From Oopsacas minuta (lineage: Eukaryota > Animalia > Porifera), in assembly GCA_024704765.1 (NCBI GenBank), contig JAKMXF010000210.1:620001-684000 (forward strand): a stretch of 64,000 nt of DNA. Reading direction: 5' to 3'. The position numbers were made by a program, and so were the translations under genes. The notes below the pieces were generated by a model that was not told where the DNA came from, did no database searches, and saw only the letters and a list, made by a program, of their open reading frames with translations. Positions 31,518-43,300 of this stretch are shown here, piece after piece (position 1 is the first letter of the stretch; each line of letters starts with the position of its first letter).

Positions 31518-34500
31518 ATGGCAAACCAGATTGAGTTAGATTCAATTGAGAGTAATTATATCGCTTTACCACATAATAATGTGAGTAAGCCACCTGATGC
31601 TTTATACATTGTACCATCACAGACTCAAATCGACGATATCGTGCTCAAGAAGGACGATCTGTTGATTGCAGGCTCCTCTTACAATGATAATAAATTTGTG
31701 ACTTGTTCCGCTATCTTCTCAGAAGAGACTACGTACGGTACCTTTCAGGTCCCTACGGATACCATTACCCTCCTCAAACCATTATCTCATCATTCAGTAG
31801 TAATGCGAGAACATATCCTAAAGTTCTTACTCCAGACTAACAGTACTCTTGCAGTAAGTATTGCTTACAAAACAGACCTCCTAGAGGGATGCGGAGAATT
31901 GTCACGAGGGGACACACTCAGTCACTTCATCGCACGTCACGCTAGCGATATGGTATTCTCTCATATATTCAACAAACTGCATGAGAGTTTCCCATTCGAC
32001 TTGAGAAACGGAGAGAACGCTACCATCCTACAGGTTGCAGTGCAGGATAAGAACAAGGCTACTTTTGATGGGATACTAAATCTACTGAAGTGTGAGACAG
32101 GAGACGTAAGGAAATCTGATTTTATCAATAACAGACTTGATAATACAGATACAGTACTACATATCCTAGCTTGTACTTACTCACCTGAATTTAGGATTGA
32201 TCTAACAGGACTGATGCTAGCAGGAGCTGAGTTAGAGATAGAGAGTACATTGAAGAGGACTTGCTTCCATGTAGCAGCTGAGTTCAATAATTCTGGTTTT
32301 GCTAATGCAATTTCTGAGGCTCTAACAGAAGCTCAAGGATCTGATCAAGCTAGACGTATACTACAGAAAGCTCTTGAGAAGAAGGATACTAATGATAAGG
32401 TAGCAGCATTACTAGCTGAAGAAGAAGAGACTCTTAAAGCTATTCTGAAGCTGTGTAATCTGGAGAAACCAGTCTTTGAAGACGGTCGTCTCATACACTA
32501 CGCAGCTTTCACTAATAACGTAATGTTATGTGACTGTCTGGTAGAGCTAGGGGCTGTAATAGATAGCTTTAATAACAAGAGTTTCACAGCTCTTAAGATA
32601 TCCTCTAAGAAAGGACATCTTGACGTCACGCGATCCTTGCTTAGAGCAGGAGCTAATCCTAATCTTGTCTCCAAGAACCCTGGATTTACTGCTCTTAATA
32701 ACGCAGCTCAATTCGGTCATGTAGAGTGTGTAAGAGTCCTGATAGAGCATGGTGCTAATTTAAAGAGTGACGATATGGCTACTACTCCTATTCATTCTGC
32801 TGCTTATGGAGGTCATGTTAGAGTACTGGATTATTTCCTGAAGGAGTGTAATACTGATGTTAACTTGCTTAATACTAATGGTAAAGTACCGCTATATCAA
32901 GCTACTATACAAGGACATACCTCTTGTGTACAGTTGTTGCTAAGACACGGTGCCGATGTCAACCATACTCTGAGTGATCAAGGAGAGACCTTGGTACATA
33001 TTGCAGTGAAAGAGAACAGAAGGCAGATATTGAGAGCTCTCTTAGAACATAAGGCTAAACCTGATGAAGCAATGAAGAATGGTAAGACTCCTCTGATGCT
33101 AGCTGTGGAGCAAGATAATGTAGAGTTTATTCCTCTGATTATGTCTTATGGTATTACGCTGATTAAGAAGGATACTAATGGTAATACAGTATTCCATTTG
33201 CTGGCTAAACACGGATCTATAAAGAGTAGTAAATACTTGTTACGTCGTGTATCCCTTATATCCGGTGTAACACAAGAGTATCAGCTGTATAAGAATAAGA
33301 ACAGTAATAATAAATCTCCATTTGACATAGCTCTAGAGAACAGACAAGATAAAGTTTTGGAGCAGTTTATTAGGTATATGCCTGAGCAGAAGAAGAAAAA
33401 AGATCACAAAATGTTCCATCAACTCTATGACAAAGGGCTCTACCATATAATTAAGCTGATTATACGGGAGCTACCTAGTCAAAAGAGTGGACAATACCAT
33501 AAGGTTAATAGCAGATTTGTAGATTCTAATAGTGATGGCCATATCCCTGAGGACGCTAACTTCTCTCCCTCTAAATCATCCTTCCTACACAAACTAGCTA
33601 GCTGTCCTGATTTCTCTTTGATTCTACATCCTCTCATTGATAGTATTATTAATGCTAAGTACCAGATTTATCGATGGTGGTTTGTGGTTTCCTTTTTGTT
33701 CCACTTTTTCATATTCTTACCGATATTATTTTTTGCCCTCATTCAGGGTTCCTATCTCTGTGACGATGAGGTATCAAGTTATACAACACCAGAAGATTAC
33801 GTAAGACTTGTTTGTGAGGGTTTTGTTATTCTGTATGCCTTTTTCACTGTACTGATGAACTTAGTTAATTTTGTTAGTTTCTGGCACTCACTATATCAAG
33901 ACAGTAAACAGAATCTTTGTCCAGACAACTTAATGGATGTGGAGTTTCTAAATCCTAAAACTAATATTGAAAAGTTTCCTCTCAGAGCTCCACGAGTTAT
34001 TCAGGTTGGAATTCTAAAATTTAAAGATTTGCTGTATAAACTGGATTCAAAACTTCATTTGATATTCAGTGCAGCTATGAGATACTTTTTCAGAACCAAT
34101 ACTCTATTAGGGATTATCGGTTTCTGCTCTCTGCTAATTCTAATTTCACTTAGAATCCTTAACTCCCGTTATCAATGGTTAATGGCTGCTTTCGTATTTA
34201 TGTCTTATTCACTGAGTCTATTCCGCTACGCTAAAATTAACCCTACACTAGGACTGTATATGTCTGTACTACTACGTTTGTTATACACTGAGGTTCCGAA
34301 GTTTATTTGTGCATTTATTTTGCTGTCACTTACCTGCTCAGGAGCTCTACACTTAATCGTACGATTTGAGATATCTCCTATACCCAGCAGTTCTAGTTGT
34401 AACCAGACATTAAACTTCTCTTGGTTCGGTGAGTATTATCATCCTGTCTACTCTCTGCTGGCTCCTATTTTCTTCCTCGTTAATCCTGGTATCGGAGAGG

Positions 34501-35036
34501 GAGTATTCTCACTATACCAAGCACAATCTATCACATTTGTATTGTTTTATTTGATATTCACATTTATTATTTCTATCTTCATGATAAGTCTATTTATTGC
34601 TCAGATCACAAAATCTTACAGAACTATTGGAAATTTTGAAATCTTACAATTCAAATTGGATACAATAATAGAGATAGAAAGAAACTCTATTGTATCGTTA
34701 GTATTCGGTAAATGGCTTAGGAAGAGTTCCTCAGTCATGAAGGTTTTGATACCAAAGCAGAAATGGGAAGAAGAGGTGTTGAAAGATGAGAATAACATAC
34801 CTTTATATAATTCTAATGTCGTTACGCAGGAAACGAATCGACAAGTACTGTCCAGTAAAGAACTGGTAGAAAAGAAGATGGAAGAGTTGAATAGGACAAC
34901 TGACGGGTTGTCAAATAATATTGAGTCCATGCAAGATACGCTTACTCATGTAGAACAGTTTCAAACAGACATACAGGTACAATTAGACTCAATTCGTGTA
35001 GCTCTACAGCATCTACAACAATGTTTGGTAAAGTAA
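31518..35036 (+). CDS. Ankyrin-repeat TRP-like (TRPA/TRPV-type) channel
   Basis: More than 10 ankyrin repeats, pre-S1 LHPLIDSIINAKY, about six hydrophobic segments, S6-like FLIFTFIISIFMISLFIAQITKSY, C-terminal coiled coil. The ATG at 31518 follows TTTTTCAG and is preferred over 31473. Confidence 0.75.
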   Translation: MANQIELDSIESNYIALPHNNVSKPPDALYIVPSQTQIDDIVLKKDDLLIAGSSYNDNKFVTCSAIFSEETTYGTFQVPTDTITLLKPLSHHSVVMREHILKFLLQTNSTLAVSIAYKTDLLEGCGELSRGDTLSHFIARHASDMVFSHIFNKLHESFPFDLRNGENATILQVAVQDKNKATFDGILNLLKCETGDVRKSDFINNRLDNTDTVLHILACTYSPEFRIDLTGLMLAGAELEIESTLKRTCFHVAAEFNNSGFANAISEALTEAQGSDQARRILQKALEKKDTNDKVAALLAEEEETLKAILKLCNLEKPVFEDGRLIHYAAFTNNVMLCDCLVELGAVIDSFNNKSFTALKISSKKGHLDVTRSLLRAGANPNLVSKNPGFTALNNAAQFGHVECVRVLIEHGANLKSDDMATTPIHSAAYGGHVRVLDYFLKECNTDVNLLNTNGKVPLYQATIQGHTSCVQLLLRHGADVNHTLSDQGETLVHIAVKENRRQILRALLEHKAKPDEAMKNGKTPLMLAVEQDNVEFIPLIMSYGITLIKKDTNGNTVFHLLAKHGSIKSSKYLLRRVSLISGVTQEYQLYKNKNSNNKSPFDIALENRQDKVLEQFIRYMPEQKKKKDHKMFHQLYDKGLYHIIKLIIRELPSQKSGQYHKVNSRFVDSNSDGHIPEDANFSPSKSSFLHKLASCPDFSLILHPLIDSIINAKYQIYRWWFVVSFLFHFFIFLPILFFALIQGSYLCDDEVSSYTTPEDYVRLVCEGFVILYAFFTVLMNLVNFVSFWHSLYQDSKQNLCPDNLMDVEFLNPKTNIEKFPLRAPRVIQVGILKFKDLLYKLDSKLHLIFSAAMRYFFRTNTLLGIIGFCSLLILISLRILNSRYQWLMAAFVFMSYSLSLFRYAKINPTLGLYMSVLLRLLYTEVPKFICAFILLSLTCSGALHLIVRFEISPIPSSSSCNQTLNFSWFGEYYHPVYSLLAPIFFLVNPGIGEGVFSLYQAQSITFVLFYLIFTFIISIFMISLFIAQITKSYRTIGNFEILQFKLDTIIEIERNSIVSLVFGKWLRKSSSVMKVLIPKQKWEEEVLKDENNIPLYNSNVVTQETNRQVLSSKELVEKKMEELNRTTDGLSNNIESMQDTLTHVEQFQTDIQVQLDSIRVALQHLQQCLVK

Positions 35037-35187
35037 TAATATATGATTTAGACTTTACCGACATTTTTGTCAAATTATATCTATTCCATTATTCTTTAAT
35101 TTATTCTTAAACTCTAAATCTAGAATTCTAGATTATTTAATAACTAAAAAAGCACACTTAAGTGACCGGGCTGCTCTATAGAATTAA

Positions 35188-36468
35188 CTAATGACATATA
35201 GTCCCTGCCCACATCATAATGTCCGTAGGACATACAGAGGGGTCTAGAATCCCTTTCTTGACCTGGTCCTTAGTCACCAAGGGAGCTATATTCATTGTCT
35301 CTTTGGTTCTCTTCGTCTGTCCTCCTCCCACAGGACCGAGTAGCCCTAGTTCCAGCATATGTCCCATAGCTCTTAATACCATGTCTCTAGAGAACTGGTC
35401 AATGCTACTTGACTGCTTGGTGAACTTTACGTATTCTTGGTAGACTGCTTCAAAGTTTAGCTTAGCATTGGGATTCTGTTCATATAATTTACTGGCAGAT
35501 ACCATTACACACTTCTCTAGCTGAGTTATGCTAGAGAGTGTTTCTACGTACGGATCTATATTGAGATATCTCCAAGAGTCTATAAAGTCCTGAGGATCAA
35601 ATCTGAATCCTTTTCTCATTAAACGAGAGAGAGGAGTTGTAATGAAGTTCTGTAAGATACGGACATTCTTTGAACTAGTATACACCTGCTTCATAGAGCT
35701 TATCACATTAGGATTAGATAAGATAGATTCTATGTGAACTGACCAATCCTTATCTTGCATGAAGCAGGGGTCTAAGAGCTGTCTTGCGATACGTAAGTAG
35801 TCAGGGAATGTGTAGTCTGTAGCTAAGTACAGCTGTCTATGAGAATACCGCGATTTTACTCTCTTCTCTAGCAGCTCGATGACGTCAAGCCTAGTGGTCA
35901 ATCCTACAACAGATATAGGACAGGAATTAGACTGGGAGATGTCGAATAAACTGTAGAGCAAATTCTGGTTTTTGTGTTTTGTGAAAAGATCGAAATTCTC
36001 TAGAATAAATATTATCGGTGTCATTTTCTTTTTCATTTCATAAAGATATTCTAAGAGGTGAGTTAAGGAGGTTTCAAAAGAATTAGCTTTGGACTTAGCT
36101 TCTCCTTCAATCTTCAGATCCCTCAGTATCTGCTGTACAGCTTCTTGTCCGTTCAGATGTATTAACCCATTCAATCTGACTATACACATATCTTTATCTA
36201 GTGTGTACTCTGAGTTTATTCTAGCTAACATACTGTTTGTTATGAATGTCTTCCCTGATCCAGGTGGTCCTAGCAGAAGTACAGAATTACTCTCATCCCA
36301 TTTCAAACTCCTCTCTACCAGGGTGTAGAGGGATTGATAACATCCAATTTGGTACTCAAATAATCTCTTCTCCGGTACTGCTATCTTGGGATTAGCTCCT
36401 CCAAATAGAGACTGTTGTACTGTTTGTAGCTGCTTTATTGTAAATACCTGACCTTGCTTTTCAGACAT
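35188..36468 (-). CDS. ORC4: Origin recognition complex subunit 4
   Basis: ESNSVLLLGPPGSGKT, QNLLYSLFDISQS, GLTTRLDVIELLEKRVKSRYSHRQ. Confidence 0.94.
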   Translation of the reverse strand: MSEKQGQVFTIKQLQTVQQSLFGGANPKIAVPEKRLFEYQIGCYQSLYTLVERSLKWDESNSVLLLGPPGSGKTFITNSMLARINSEYTLDKDMCIVRLNGLIHLNGQEAVQQILRDLKIEGEAKSKANSFETSLTHLLEYLYEMKKKMTPIIFILENFDLFTKHKNQNLLYSLFDISQSNSCPISVVGLTTRLDVIELLEKRVKSRYSHRQLYLATDYTFPDYLRIARQLLDPCFMQDKDWSVHIESILSNPNVISSMKQVYTSSKNVRILQNFITTPLSRLMRKGFRFDPQDFIDSWRYLNIDPYVETLSSITQLEKCVMVSASKLYEQNPNAKLNFEAVYQEYVKFTKQSSSIDQFSRDMVLRAMGHMLELGLLGPVGGGQTKRTKETMNIAPLVTKDQVKKGILDPSVCPTDIMMWAGTICH

Positions 36469-36738
36469 TTGTTCAGACTGTAAGATTAGTTGTTAGTTCA
36501 ATAATACAAGCTATTAACTAATGTATATTCAATAGAAGTACTTATTGCCCAATGTGGTTCTTGTAAGATCTAAAATAATACGTCATATGGTATTATGAAC
36601 ATATCAGCTCTGTTATCACCTGTGTGTCAGCTGATTATATTATTAGTGTTATGTCAACTAAGCTTAATTATTTGCATACATAATTTGCTAATTTCTCTAA
36701 AAATAGAATTAATTCCTAATAATTCTATTTATAATCAT

Positions 36739-38088
36739 TTAATCCTCATTATAATCAAACTTAGCTCTCTTTTTTTGTTGTTGTTGTTCAGGTTCCACTT
36801 CTGCCACTTGTTTGTGTCGGTACGCCACTTCTGGAGGAAGTTGGAAGCTAATTCTAATTTGCTCTTTAACCGTAGACACTTGTCTAACAAAGCTCGTATC
36901 ACATGTAGTTAGTCTTGAGATTAGAATTCCTTCAACTCGTTGCTTTACTTCATTTTGCGGGTCTTCTCCACTTGCGAATGAATAGCAATGAATAGTTGGT
37001 AGTTGGAAACTATCCCTCTTGTCTTCAGGTACTGATATAAATAGTCCGATAAAAGTATTCAGGAATCCTACAGCTGTTCCAGGGAGGTTCATTATTACAT
37101 GAGAATACATTGTCTTCAGTTTGCTTGCGAACCCATCCCCTGATAGCTCGCTTTGGATCAGCTGTTCTGTTAATTTCTTTATAAACACGCGAGCATCCAA
37201 GTTATAACATTCCATTCTATCAACTACTTTATTTATTTTTACATTCTCACTCATGAATTGGTAGCAATTCGGATTCAGATCGTTTGCATGTGCGAAGCAT
37301 TTCTTTTTGCAAGCAAGTATAGAGAAAGGACCGACTCCAGCAAACACGTCTAGAATGACTTGATTAGGCTTGAATAAGTCTGTGATTCTCTGTCTCTCTC
37401 CTTGTAATCTGGAGTTCCAGAAAGCTTTGAAATAGTCTAGCTTATAAGTACAGTATTGCTCTTTAACAGTTACTATTCCTGCATCTTTATCCCCTGCTAT
37501 TACCTATAGCACATATCATATACACTCTATCGTAGTTAGGATATATTAACTCACCTCCATGTCAAATATTCTGAATTCATTCTCTATCTTCCCTATCTTA
37601 TTCACTACTGTTTTGATAGGGGTCAGCTTCTGCAATATAACTTCTCCTATAACGTGTTTGTAAGGTAATTGCTCGTCTCTAAGATTCACATGAGCTATGT
37701 GTCCAGCTGTCTCGAAAGCAGTAGGCACTACAGTATTTTCTGGTAGAATAGCAGACAGCAAGGCCTTTATTCCCCAGCTGGAGAATTCTAGTTGTATTTC
37801 TCTGTCTATGAACTTCATATCCTCTGTTAGTGAGCTCTCTTCATGTGTAGATAGCTTATAATCAGGTTTCAATAAGATAGCTACTAGCTGGCTCGCACCT
37901 TCCTCTGGTGATGTTATGTCCATCACTCTACGTATATTGACTGAATCTAGAATGTTCTTCTTCAACACTTTGAGTAGTGAGTCCACTCCCTTTCTAGTTA
38001 TTTGAAGAGCTGGCACTCTTACTGTCTTCCTGAATAACTCTTTGTTCAGGATTTTCATGCCTCTTACAGCACTGGGCGGTAGCAACAT
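36739..38088 (-). CDS. TRMT5: tRNA (guanine-37-N1)-methyltransferase Trm5, 2 exons
   Basis: Exons 38088-37555 and 37503-36739 with a 51-nt intron. FETAGHIAHVNLR, VVNKIGKIENEFR, FWNSRL, DVFAGVGPF, ANDLNP, HVIMNLP. Confidence 0.94.
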
Positions 38089-38293
38089 GTGCCAATTATG
38101 CTAATTAATTAATTAATTAATGATTTTCCTAATTATAAGGCACTGAACATATTTACTAAGCCTTTTATCATATAAAAGAAGAAATAGCTCAATTCTTGTA
38201 TACCGCATATATATTTGTGTCATATTCAACACGATTAATTTTAGTACATGTGTTATTTGGCCACTAATCAGCTGGCGGAAGCATATGAATATT

Positions 38294-39361
38294 TTAAGTG
38301 GCTTGCTCTATCATAACCCAGCTACATGTTTTGTTAGATGTAGTTGCTGCTTGCATTACTCTACTGATTGAGTTCATATGTGAATGGTTAATGACATCAA
38401 TCATTTGATCTGAAACTATCTCTTTGTCTAGAGTACCAGCCAAGCAATCCATCTGTCTTAATATTCCTTCTTCAAATGGTCTGCTGAATACGCCAGCTTC
38501 TGATTGAGACTCAACATCTAAAATCTTTATTTTCCCTTCTTCTCTAGATTCTTTGATTAAGTTAACTCCATCAAAACTCAACGAGGCGTATTCTCCAATA
38601 ACTTTAATTAGGAATCTTTCTTTGCCAGGCACATTACCAATGCATTCAACGGTAGCGAAGGTGCCACTATTAGTTTTCAGTTGTAATGAGCAGAAATCAT
38701 CACTGGATATTGTACGGAATCCTTTTATCGTGTCTGTCTTCTTGAAGAATGTACACAATCTGCAACAAACTTCCTTTATATTCTCGTTACTAATGAACAT
38801 TATTGCATCTATACAATGACTTCCAAAGCAATTCAATACTCCTCCTCCCATCATGCCTTCACACATCCAATCAAAACAAGTAGTATTAAGACCCAGAGTA
38901 GTAGGCATTTCTAATCTTATCTCAAATAGAGATAATTTTCCTAGAACTCCCTCTCCCACAACTTTCCTCATCTCTTGTACAGCTCTTACCATTCTCAGTG
39001 GGTAAGATAGATACGTTTGTTTTTTCCCGAAGAAGCTAGTAATAGTAGGAGACGGAGATGTGTAGAGACTGCAGATTAAACACAGTTTTTCCTTCTTACT
39101 CACTTCAATTAGTTCTCTCTCTATCAGCTTGGGAGCTGTAGCTATAAGCACCAGATTTACATCTAGATCTGAATAGATGTGTAGTGGAGATAGAGCTGGA
39201 TATTTGACATTATAACGTATAGATAGCATATCTGTATCTTGACTGTTGTAGCAGAATAGTGTATGAATAATATGTCCATTTCCTGTAAGAGTAGATAGCC
39301 AAGCTTCTACAAAGGATCCATCTCCTATTACCCCAATCTTCAGAGGTCTACTCCCTTTCAT
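38294..39361 (-). CDS. GFOD1: Glucose-fructose oxidoreductase domain-containing protein (GFOD1/2-like)
   Basis: WMCEGMMGGGVLNCFGSHCID, TFFKKTDTIKGFRTISSDDFC. ATG is at 39361. Confidence 0.85.
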   Translation of the reverse strand: MKGSRPLKIGVIGDGSFVEAWLSTLTGNGHIIHTLFCYNSQDTDMLSIRYNVKYPALSPLHIYSDLDVNLVLIATAPKLIERELIEVSKKEKLCLICSLYTSPSPTITSFFGKKQTYLSYPLRMVRAVQEMRKVVGEGVLGKLSLFEIRLEMPTTLGLNTTCFDWMCEGMMGGGVLNCFGSHCIDAIMFISNENIKEVCCRLCTFFKKTDTIKGFRTISSDDFCSLQLKTNSGTFATVECIGNVPGKERFLIKVIGEYASLSFDGVNLIKESREEGKIKILDVESQSEAGVFSRPFEEGILRQMDCLAGTLDKEIVSDQMIDVINHSHMNSISRVMQAATTSNKTCSWVMIEQAT

Positions 39362-40337
39362 TACCAAATTCTATTAAATAAATAAAATTTAAACACATTT
39401 AAAGTTGCTGGGTAAGAGTTCGGAGTTAATTTCCTAATTCTTATAACCTTACTTGAAGCACTACTCCTACACTATACCTTGACCTTATGTTCTGTGAATG
39501 GTCATTCAATAATTACATAGTTTATATACAGAAGTAATTAGGGGAAATTAATGCCTTGAGTATTCTAGGCAGCTAAACAATTGCTAGGACCAGTGGCGCT
39601 ATAGATTCACCTCCCGCCGAGTAATTATGTAACAAACTAACAATTAAACACTTGTACAAATTTAGCTGAGAAAAACCTGCTGTATAATTTGTAAGTAATT
39701 TGGAATTATAGACATTCTCTATCTGCACCACCTAGCTTGACATTTCTCACTCATCCTATTATCTCTGTTGTTAGGCGAGTCCAACAAGCAGGTTACTAGC
39801 AAATTCAAATTCTTAGCCCAATTGTCTATACTCTAATGTAGTATCTGTCCTATGACACATACATCTACATTTGCAGATATTTCCACTTTCAACCACTAGC
39901 CCTATTCTTTGCCCATTCATTGACCTAGCTATTCATGCATCTTACATATTGAAATTTTTAAATACACTCAGATCACGCAGTAGATAATATGATAGTAGCA
40001 ATGAAGAGAAAAGCTTGAGGACATCAGTATTGGCTAGTTTCTGGCTAAGCAACATTATAATAGGCATTGCCATCAGTAGTATATTGCAGCTAAGTCAATA
40101 AATTGCTTGCATTTCTATTCTGAGTGCGTTAATAATGTAAACAAGTCTATTGGATTTATTTATTTATAAGATTTTCTATTTATTTTGACATTTCAACTGA
40201 TTACACACTTTCAAACACATCTAGCAAATCTGTGAGTTTTTTTCTGTTTTTGTATTATTGGTGAATATTATTAGTATAATTTCCAATTATCTTAATAATG
40301 AGTTCCTTCAACTTCAATTCTCTTAATACAGCACTTA
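39362..40337. promoter_or_regulatory. Probable divergent promoter region between GFOD (-) and AFF4 (+)
   Basis: About 1 kb non-coding interval between head-to-head genes. Confidence 0.4.
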
Positions 40338-43300
40338 ATGTCCTCATCACCATTGGGCACGGATTTAGACCACCCTTTCAGAAGATTAGAAAGTCGTTAC
40401 ATTTCATTTGACAGAAGCGTTCACTTTAGTGAGCCTCGTTCAACCCAACACTCCGATCCTTTGAATCTGAAAATATCAGAATTGCTCGGCCCCTATAGTC
40501 AGGTATCTCCTCATCTCCTCTCAGAGCTAAAAGACAGTAAGTTTACTAAATCTTATGACTTTAATTACTGAATTGTATTCCTATATTTCTTCCCTAGGTC
40601 CAGATAGTCTGTTTGGCATTGAACCGTTGAATACTATTTCACCAAAACATCAAAGACAGAGACCTTCATCTTCAGGTACCTACCTATGCCTTATTCAGTA
40701 TACACGTAATACTCTAATCCTTTAATCTCTCCAATCTTCCACTAGCACTAGCTGCTACTGGGTTAATTAATAGTTACCTCTAATTACATCAAAGAATAGC
40801 TCCTGCTTAAAATATTTGGAACTATATTTGCATAAAGAAGTTACAAATATCTCCTAATATGCTCGATGCTAGATTTCACTTTGTCATTATCTTGTCCTTG
40901 CTTCCTAATATATATTCATACGAACATTCCTGTACTAATCTCGTTTGTATCTCAACTCATAACACTTCCATCTTGCTAGTTTAGTTCTAGAGATTAGCAT
41001 AATGCATAATACTGTATCTCAGAACTTTAGACAGCCCTCTGTTCTTTACTTGTAATTGTAGTTTCATTATTGCCCAATGTAATTACTTATGCCAGTTTTC
41101 AATATGACTACATTAGCTTGTCATATAATTATGTAAATCGAGCACAAGCAACTTGCACTTACGACTGATGTAACCACCTGATAGCATCTGGAAATCTTAT
41201 TATGTTTACTAACACGCAGAACTTTCCTAGGAATACTTAGAATATAGATTTAACTCAGTTTATCAGTAATAAATTTATAATCTCTCATAACTACCACCTG
41301 TGTAACCTTTATTTCTTCAAAATGTGAACTCAAAAAACACAACACAATTAAGAGCATTTTGCATTTTCGCTAACGTGAACTATCCCCATTTCTAAATTTT
41401 ATGCTTATGGCCTGTTTGTGATAATCAAGTATAAATAGATGACCATTTGATGACTGAGAAATTTATCATTCTTATTCTTAGATCAAAAGCTAGGCAAAAT
41501 GATGGGCCAAAGCTCGAGGCCTGTCTCCCCCCCGGGGAAGAAACACACCCCCAGACAACCCTTTAACCCAGCCGTACAAAGACCCAACCAAATAAATAAG
41601 CACCTAAAACCGCAAAAAAATCCAGAGAACAAACCTCGGCCAATTAACCCATACCCATTGCATAATTCAGGTAAACATGGATCACGTACATTTCTTTCCA
41701 GTTCCAGTCCTAACACTAATTCACATACACACAAGAACGGTTCAATCAGTAGGAAGACTAAGTACGATACTCCAACCACTCTGCAGGATAGCAGTACTGA
41801 TATTAAGATGAAGAAGCCTATAAACAACACAGCTCCTATGTTCCCTAAGAGACCGGATAAAGTCAGGAAAGAAGAACACAACATGAACTCTAAGAAACTT
41901 CTTCATTCTGATACAGTCAATAGCTCTAGACCTGTGAATGGAGAACATCTGGATTTCTCTCAAAAGATATCTCCCAAAGAAGATACTAAAACAGCTACAA
42001 TCCTTCCGGCACGTGTCTTAAAGCCTCCTAGTGACAAACCTCGTCCCCCTACCAACAAGAATCCTGAAGAGTTCACTTCTAAGAACAACCAAGTTCCTAA
42101 TCTAGACCTATCATTATCTTTAAATAGGTCGAATTTACATGACGATAGTTTCAATGACATATTCGCTATTGGTAAGATTATTTTATTATTCTTATTAGTG
42201 ATAATGCTTATCTAAAATCGTATGGTGTGTCTAGGGATGGAGCCTCTCCCCACCCCCCTCACTGAGATACAGACACCAGTTGGTAACAAGAAGTTCCTAG
42301 CTTTCCTTTCTAACCAGACTAAACCACGTTTAGATCTACCGCAGCAAAAAGAAGCTAATTCTAATCGTTTGTTTACTGAGAAAGTAGTAGAGCAGAATAG
42401 CTCTGATTCAGAGGATAGCTCAGACAGTGATTCAGAGCATGAACACAATCATGATCAGGGGACAACTAGTAGCAGACGTGGTGATGTAAGTATATTATTA
42501 TTATTTATTTGAGGAGAGAGAGAGAGAGAGAGAGCACGGCATTGATTAGCTAGTTTCTGTTGTGTAGAACTTTCTAGACATTATTGTGAGTTCAGATTCT
42601 GAGAGCAGTGATTCCTCACCGATTCAAGCCCCCTCTTACACCAACACAGAGGACATATTCATGTCTATTCCTCCAAAAAGAGTGGATATGATAACTGAGC
42701 CAGCTCCTGTACACAACAGAGGTTGGGAGTCTAGTCCTTCTTCTGACAGCTCCAATGGAGATAGCAATATCCACTCTTGGAATAAAATGAATATTACATC
42801 TAATCACAAGTAAGGCTATTAGATTCCCTCTTCCCTTTATTTGCTGTGTATTTCATCTACTGGTACAAAATTGCTCCTTTGAATATATTCAAGTTGCAAG
42901 ACAGTCTTTTAATCGCTAATTACTGCGTACATTATTCTAAATAATTAATATACCTAATCTTACTCCTGAGTGTAGCTACGTATCACATGTACCTAAATAT
43001 TTACAAGTATTTCATTAATTGGTCTCTTTCTGTTTCAGAACTGAGTGCCCTTATTGGGACTCTCATCGTTCTACCTCTCCTCCTCGTGACTTGAATCCTC
43101 GTCTCAATGCCACCTCAGAACCAGTCATGCATCTCAAAAGCTCAATGGTAAGATAATCATATATGTGTATACATGCTGTAATATATGATAATTTATACGC
43201 CTCAGCTAATCATTACAGACAAATTTAATAATTATCTGCGTAATTCTATAAACAAGCAATCTTTGTTTACTACAACAACAAGATCTAATTTGATCTAGTA

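Noticed and set aside
36595-36912. 105-aa + strand hydrophobic ORF
   Set aside because: AT-rich spacer plus the antisense end of TRMT5; composition is typical of a chance ORF.
40676-41481. Possible nested gene or transposon in the 800-nt AFF4 intron
   Set aside because: No ORF of 60 aa or more, terminal repeats or snoRNA boxes that I could support.
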